The position numbers were made by a program, and so were the translations under genes. The notes beneath the pieces are model-generated. The model saw only the letters and a program-made list of their open reading frames with translations. It was not told the DNA's origin and searched no databases. 64,000 nucleotides of DNA, from assembly GCA_963674695.2 (NCBI GenBank), contig CAXXGI010000001.1:672001-736000 (forward strand). Direction: 5' to 3'. Positions within the stretch are counted from its first letter, which is position 1. Each line of letters starts with the position of its first letter. This document shows positions 59,112 to 64,000 of this stretch, in pieces. Origin of the DNA: a bacterium. GTDB lineage: Bacteria; UBA10199; 2-02-FULL-44-16; JAAZCA01.

Positions 59112-59247
59112 TGGTGGAGCACAAGGGATTGTCACTTCATTCTGACCTAGAAGGTCATTTGTTCCGAACTTCGTTCGTCACTTGATTTATACAGCTGCAT
59201 CCGCCTACGGCTAGGATGCAGTGGCGGTTCAAACCCTCGACCCCCAC
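59112..59247 (-). repeat. tRNA-Ala 3'-end copy with about 97-nt insertion in the T-loop (RtT-like)
   Basis: GTGGGGGTCGAGGGTTTGAA-[insert]-AATCCCTTGTGCTCCACCA. Confidence 0.6.
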
Positions 59248-59295
59248 CAATAGAAAAAGGCACATCACGTTTGGCCCATGTCGCTGTGATATCAG

Positions 59296-59337
59296 TGGAG
59301 CACAAGGGATTCGAACCCTCGACCCCCACGTTGCGAA
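59296..59337 (-). tRNA. 3' half of tRNA-Ala(CGC), probable att site; not a full tRNA
   Basis: TTCGCAA-CGTGG-GGGTC-GAGGG-TTCGAAT-CCCTT-GTGCTCC-A; U70 and A73 fit Ala; 5' half absent. Confidence 0.75.
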
Positions 59338-59413
59338 TCGAAAACAACGTGTTTATATATACCGAAGCAAATCATATATTTATCAATATTTTCAAACTGT
59401 TAACCCATCTTTG

Positions 59414-60144
59414 GATGTCGGATGGAATCGGATGTTTTGTGGCCATTTGTGAGTCGTGTGGACACAAAAATGGCCACAAAATAAGGAGTCTTGAAAAGAG
59501 AATCTCATGATGCTAACTAAAATGTTGAAAATGCTACAGTAAAAGTCTCTAGGAGGACAAAATGAAAAGCTCCTCGGATGATGAGCCTGTGCAATACACT
59601 CTTATCAAACATGATGGGCCATCCAATGGACATGAATTTACCGCTGATTTTGAGACATTTAAGAAATGGATTGAGGAAGATAGAGTTCAACCAGAAGATG
59701 AGATTTATATTGGAGATATAGAATCGAGAAAATATGCGAAAGAGCATGCTTTTTACCTTAAGCTAAAACCTTCAGAAAATGCGAAACATCATGCAAAATA
59801 CTTTCTTTGGGGGATAGCTTTTGGAGCAATTCCTTTATTGTGGTGGCCGCTTATTTTTATTATTCCTATGCACATACTTGGTGTTAAAAGTGCTACAAAA
59901 ATATGGAAAGAAAGTTTTATGGATAAAAGTTCATCTGAAAGAGTTGCCATCGTATGTGGCTTTTTCCTTGGTCTTTTTATTGTATTCCCACTACTTGTTT
60001 CTCCATTCTTTGTGGCGTTTGCATGAGAGGTTATTAACTTGAAGAAATAGTTAGAATTAAAAATATTTATTACTTATGACGTCGGAGGAAATCGGACAAA
60101 AACCGGTCGTTATTCAATCGTGTGGTCACAAAATTGGACACAAA
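59414..60144. repeat. Two clusters of TGGnCACAAA arm-type repeats
   Basis: TCGTGTGGACACAAAAATGGCCACAAA near 59455 and TCGTGTGGTCACAAAATTGGACACAAA near 60118, each preceded by GTCGGA..AATCGGA. Confidence 0.55.
59562..60026 (+). CDS. Small membrane protein
   Basis: RBS AGGAGG; soluble GYF_2-like N-terminus then hydrophobic segments. Confidence 0.7.
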   Translation: MKSSSDDEPVQYTLIKHDGPSNGHEFTADFETFKKWIEEDRVQPEDEIYIGDIESRKYAKEHAFYLKLKPSENAKHHAKYFLWGIAFGAIPLLWWPLIFIIPMHILGVKSATKIWKESFMDKSSSERVAIVCGFFLGLFIVFPLLVSPFFVAFA

Positions 60145-60326
60145 CAGAAGATATAAATAAACGACTCTATTATCCCAATGGGAAGAGAAAGCGTACATGG
60201 TCTGAATTACACAATACGATATCATCAGTCTTTTACAATTTATTATGACGAAATTATTGACCCATCTTCATTTGCTACAATTAATTTCTCTAGAACAATT
60301 TGATTTCAGAATCAGCCTAAGAGGTT

Positions 60327-61499
60327 TTAGGCACGATTAAAACGTTTTATAAATGTATATGAATTTGCGAAAATACGTTTTTCGTTTGTGCTTTCGAAAA
60401 AGTTTTTATTGCCTTCATATGCAAAGAAGTGAACTTTCTTAACGGAGCTAGGCATCTCATTTTCCAGAATGTTCCAAATGATTGTAGCATCACTTCGATT
60501 GGTTACAGTATTGTCTAAAAAAATAAATATTTTCTTTGCACCATTAACATTCAGCAGGAATTGCCTAAAATCTTGTATATAATCTGCTATTTTCCCAATC
60601 GTTATTGACCTTGGTAAGGTTTTACCAACTTTGTCTATCTTTCCGGGAAATGTTACAATAACTCTGTTCAGTTCGTTTTCATGCTGATATGAAAGGTGAA
60701 ACTTTGCAAGACATGATTCAATAAAATCCCCCATTTCCTCCTGCCCACCTCTGCCCACAGCCTCCTCAAGGAGCTGATATGGGTTATACTCGCTACCATT
60801 ATACGTTAAGACTACTTCCGTTTCGTTAATAATAATATCAAGTTCATTCGTCTTCGAGTAAAGAGTGGCGTTTTTTGCAATTTCAATTAGAATTCTTCTA
60901 ATAGATGAAGCGTCTTCTTCTCCAAAATTATTCGCAATAGTTGATGAATCCACCGCATCCGCAATGACTCTATTTACATTTTTTTCTGCAGATAGAGTCT
61001 TAACTATTTCAGAGTGCGAAAATTCATAATTTTTGATTTTCTCAGGAGGAATAACAAAATCAGAGAAGTATCTACAGATTATATCTTTGAATTTCAATAA
61101 ATGTTCGCAAAAATCATTCCAGGCAAATACATTAACAGAAAACTTGCCTGATTTTTGATTAAGTTCTGATAATTCCGCAGCATACTGTTGGATGTTGATG
61201 TTTCTTTGACATGTTGTCGCTATGACCAGGTGGTTTATTGACGGTGTGAATTTCAAAGCGTCAGCAACTATTTCTTTAACAGCTTTTTTCTTTAATTCAC
61301 CCTTGTAATAAGAATATTTCTTGCACTGAACTCCTTCATGATAATTATCTATGCTCAATAGCACATCTACTCCATCTTGGCGTTGTCCTAGACGTCCAAC
61401 TAACTGAGCATCTTTCGCATTACGATATCTTTTAAAGAAATCACGGCAAAACTCTTCAAATATAATTGGTTCGCCTAGCGGAGCAAATAGATATTTCAT
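60327..61499 (-). CDS. Mrr-like PD-(D/E)xK nuclease fused to a degenerate HATPase-like domain
   Basis: FEEFCRD, GR.GQRQDGVD, GVQCK; then LIEIAKNA, YNGSEYNP, GRGG. Confidence 0.75.
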   Translation of the reverse strand: MKYLFAPLGEPIIFEEFCRDFFKRYRNAKDAQLVGRLGQRQDGVDVLLSIDNYHEGVQCKKYSYYKGELKKKAVKEIVADALKFTPSINHLVIATTCQRNINIQQYAAELSELNQKSGKFSVNVFAWNDFCEHLLKFKDIICRYFSDFVIPPEKIKNYEFSHSEIVKTLSAEKNVNRVIADAVDSSTIANNFGEEDASSIRRILIEIAKNATLYSKTNELDIIINETEVVLTYNGSEYNPYQLLEEAVGRGGQEEMGDFIESCLAKFHLSYQHENELNRVIVTFPGKIDKVGKTLPRSITIGKIADYIQDFRQFLLNVNGAKKIFIFLDNTVTNRSDATIIWNILENEMPSSVKKVHFFAYEGNKNFFESTNEKRIFANSYTFIKRFNRA

Positions 61500-61752
61500 A
61501 ATTTATCATCTCCATAATCCATTAGTATTTACCTTGACTCTTTACACGTTGAACAAACATTTTCTACTACACCTTCCATATTCTAAGTAACCGCTCCTTA
61601 TCAAATGTATCTCGATTGCGATTTTCTCGAACGTAGCGCGTCTCAATATATCCTACAATAATCAGCATCACTGATTTCACTGCCTTCGATTTTTAAGTGC
61701 CACTGCTTCATCTTATCTATGAGGTCTTGGCTGTATTTCATATCGGTGATTC

Positions 61753-63558
61753 TTACTCCTGTTTTGTCTCAAGTCGAAGGATTGAACAAAGTAAGACGCA
61801 ATAAATAATTTGGGCTGATAACTGCTCATTGAAACAATCTGATGTCAACAAACCATGAGCCACATTGTTTCTGATGTTCAATCCCCTTTTGTCTACCAAA
61901 AGACATTGGAGATATAAGCGAAGGTCATTTGGAACTGTCGCTACAAATATCTCATCAGCCAGCAATTCATAAAGAGTACGCACTTGAGTTGTTCTGTCAT
62001 GTCTTTTGTATTTTGTAGATACTACTTTGACTGCAATTGCGATGTTTCTTATTATTCTTTCACATTGAAGAGTTAAAATATGAACGGACGCAATATAGTC
62101 TCCATTATAATGTGCTAATATGCCTTGTCTCAAAATATCAATTTCAGTTTCCTTGATGAATGGTGAGTTCCCGATAAATTCAAGAATATCGTCTTCAGAC
62201 ACAACAGCACGTTTTTTTATTTCATCAAGAACGAGGGCTATAAATCCACTGTATGTTGAGAGGTCACGGGCCAGATGCTGAATTATGTGACCGGTTTCAT
62301 CCTTTTCAATGCTACCTATTCTTGCTTCAACGTTGCCGTTTCTAATTAAAGTTGTGTCCAAAAGAGAGAGTAAAACACAATCTTTCTTAATATAATCGCA
62401 ATTTCTCTTGGCATTTTCCGTATTTGGCATAAATTCCGTTATCAGTTTTGTCAGAGCCTCTTTAGCCGAACCTTTACAGACTTCATTTACCATCTGGCTA
62501 ATATCCTTTTGAGGTATTTTGACTTCAACAGATATTTCCTTCATCTCGCTTTTTGCGTTTTTACCTCTATTCTTCATTTTACGAAGAACCCTTTTTTTGT
62601 CTTCAATCATTCTATATTGGTCATAGTTATTAAGAACTCTTTCCAACCATCCGATAGCAAGAAGAGAACTTGCACTTTTTGAAACCATTTCAAAATATAT
62701 TCCAGATTTTTGGATTACCCTTTTCACATCAACAGTCGAGCCGCTTTTAGTATAGTATTTTGCCAAACGTTCTGCTGATGCTTCAGCAACAAACGGGTCG
62801 GGATATTTACCACCTGACATCTCACTATATTCCCCTAGTATCTTCTCTAGTTCAGATATAATTTTATTGCTTTCCTCTTTTGATAAATCCACCTTTGGAT
62901 TGTCCATCAAATCATCATAAAGGAAAGCCCATAGCCCAATCTTATCGAAATCCGCTATTTTATCGTAAAGGGAAAACATTACATCTTTACATCGAGAGCG
63001 CAGAGAACCATCATTTATGGAAAGTGATAGGTCTAGCGCTCTTTCACAGTAGTGAATGGCGTAGAGACTTTCCTTATACAGTTCGTTCTCAACAGACTTG
63101 AGGTATGCGTCGATTGCTCTTCGAGCAAATATAATATCCGGCTTATTCCCTGTTGCCAGTTCGGACAACTCCCAAATCAAATCCGAATATCGGGCTTTCA
63201 TTATTGGGTGTTGAATTTCTTCGGAGCGTTTCATCCAGTGTTCAATCTCAGCAGCATCAACACTTTTAATATCTGGTATTCTTACCTGATTACCATCTCC
63301 ATCAACCAAACTTGCCATAGGTCGGAAATATGTATCGTCTTCATCTTTATCATCATCCGAATAGCTGAATGTAAAAGCCGTAACGTCGTATCTAACAGAT
63401 GAAGGAACCTCTCCCGTTTTCCCTGCCCTATCGTCCCACCATTTTCGCAAATGGTTTTTTATGGTTAGTGCAAATGCCTTCTGTAAATTCTTGCTATATT
63501 CAGGAACCATCTCAGAAAACTCTTTTTCCAACTGTTTGTTATTGTGTGTGTCGGTCAT
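61753..63558 (-). CDS. DUF4209-type protein with C-terminal HEPN-like motif
   Basis: ASVHILTLQCE..IR, GLNIRNNVAHG (RX4H); start at MTDTH after AAGGA. Confidence 0.8.
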   Translation of the reverse strand: MTDTHNNKQLEKEFSEMVPEYSKNLQKAFALTIKNHLRKWWDDRAGKTGEVPSSVRYDVTAFTFSYSDDDKDEDDTYFRPMASLVDGDGNQVRIPDIKSVDAAEIEHWMKRSEEIQHPIMKARYSDLIWELSELATGNKPDIIFARRAIDAYLKSVENELYKESLYAIHYCERALDLSLSINDGSLRSRCKDVMFSLYDKIADFDKIGLWAFLYDDLMDNPKVDLSKEESNKIISELEKILGEYSEMSGGKYPDPFVAEASAERLAKYYTKSGSTVDVKRVIQKSGIYFEMVSKSASSLLAIGWLERVLNNYDQYRMIEDKKRVLRKMKNRGKNAKSEMKEISVEVKIPQKDISQMVNEVCKGSAKEALTKLITEFMPNTENAKRNCDYIKKDCVLLSLLDTTLIRNGNVEARIGSIEKDETGHIIQHLARDLSTYSGFIALVLDEIKKRAVVSEDDILEFIGNSPFIKETEIDILRQGILAHYNGDYIASVHILTLQCERIIRNIAIAVKVVSTKYKRHDRTTQVRTLYELLADEIFVATVPNDLRLYLQCLLVDKRGLNIRNNVAHGLLTSDCFNEQLSAQIIYCVLLCSILRLETKQE

Positions 63559-63646
63559 TTTTGTTTCCTTGAATAATGTCTTTTGTATCCTTGACTTATC
63601 AGCCACAACGCTATATTTTGCAAGTCAATTTATGGAGGGTATGCCT

Positions 63647-63850
63647 ATGGAACTCGTCAAACAATTGGAGGACTTTCGACTGGAGCAAAGGCTATCACAA
63701 GAGGAGCTGGCAAAGCGGCTTAATGTGGCTTTCAGTACTGTGAATCGTTGGTTCAATGGCCGGTCGCAGCCAAACAAGATTCAGAGTTATCATATAAAGA
63801 AACTTTTAAATTCCTTATCTTCGATTGAAAGGAACAAACCAAAATGGTGA
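63647..63850 (+). CDS. XRE-family HTH regulator
   Basis: LSQEELAKRLNVAFSTVNRWFNG; RBS GGAGG; TTGACTT/AAGTCAA inverted repeat upstream (63591-63628). Confidence 0.88.
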   Translation: MELVKQLEDFRLEQRLSQEELAKRLNVAFSTVNRWFNGRSQPNKIQSYHIKKLLNSLSSIERNKPKW

Positions 63851-64000
63851 CCAAACCAAAAAATCCTACACATCTTGCAGAGATGTCAGATGAAGAATTT
63901 GACGAGGTTGTAACAAATTCTTATAATATGAGCGAGACTCGCAAACAATGGATAGAAGAGGAGAAGGAAAGACGAAAACATAGAGATGAAAAGGAGAGAT
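63844..64000 (+). CDS. Partial hypothetical protein
   Basis: ATG overlapping the XRE gene end; open to window edge. Confidence 0.4.
   Translation, partial: MVTKPKNPTHLAEMSDEEFDEVVTNSYNMSETRKQWIEEEKERRKHRDEKER

Larger units (their letters stand above)
59338..64000. mobile_element. Left end of AT-rich tRNA-integrated element, continuing beyond the window
   Basis: Abrupt AT-rich shift at the tRNA fragment, arm-type repeats, defence-like cargo; no integrase in window. Confidence 0.6.

Noticed and set aside
61643-61741. 32-aa ORF MKYSQDLIDKMKQW
   Set aside because: Too short, no clear RBS; possibly a remnant but unsupported

Overview
Bacterial, mostly GC-rich DNA; gene content resembles deltaproteobacterial/Myxococcota-like genomes, but taxonomy cannot be fixed from sequence alone. 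1-28.7 kb is housekeeping/accessory: two Cache-HAMP-SpoIIE phosphatases, a type IIIA H+-ATPase, B12 radical SAM, M20 peptidase, SPFH protein, nitrilase, CoA-disulfide reductase-rhodanese, APC permease, STAS protein, acylating aldehyde dehydrogenase and a 1420-aa unknown protein. 28.8-59 kb is a defence hotspot: Fic, AbiF (one in-frame stop, leader hairpin), HIT, AbiEi/AbiEii, HNH, Shedu, complete type I BREX, an HD hydrolase, two secreted (GGGLSTAP)12 proteins and an HTH-WYL regulator. From 59.3 kb an AT-rich element begins at a tRNA-Ala(CGC) 3' fragment. Best unexplained signal: six promoters around the WYL gene share YGAC-N6-TGACR-N11-TANNNT, with the spacing of the mycobacterial PafBC promoter, suggesting an undescribed WYL-activated regulon of secreted proteins plus a nuclease. 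Also notable: inserted gene blocks flanked by diverged partial copies of neighbouring genes, and REP-carrying MITEs that duplicate palindromic targets. Family calls rest on motif recognition, not database searches.
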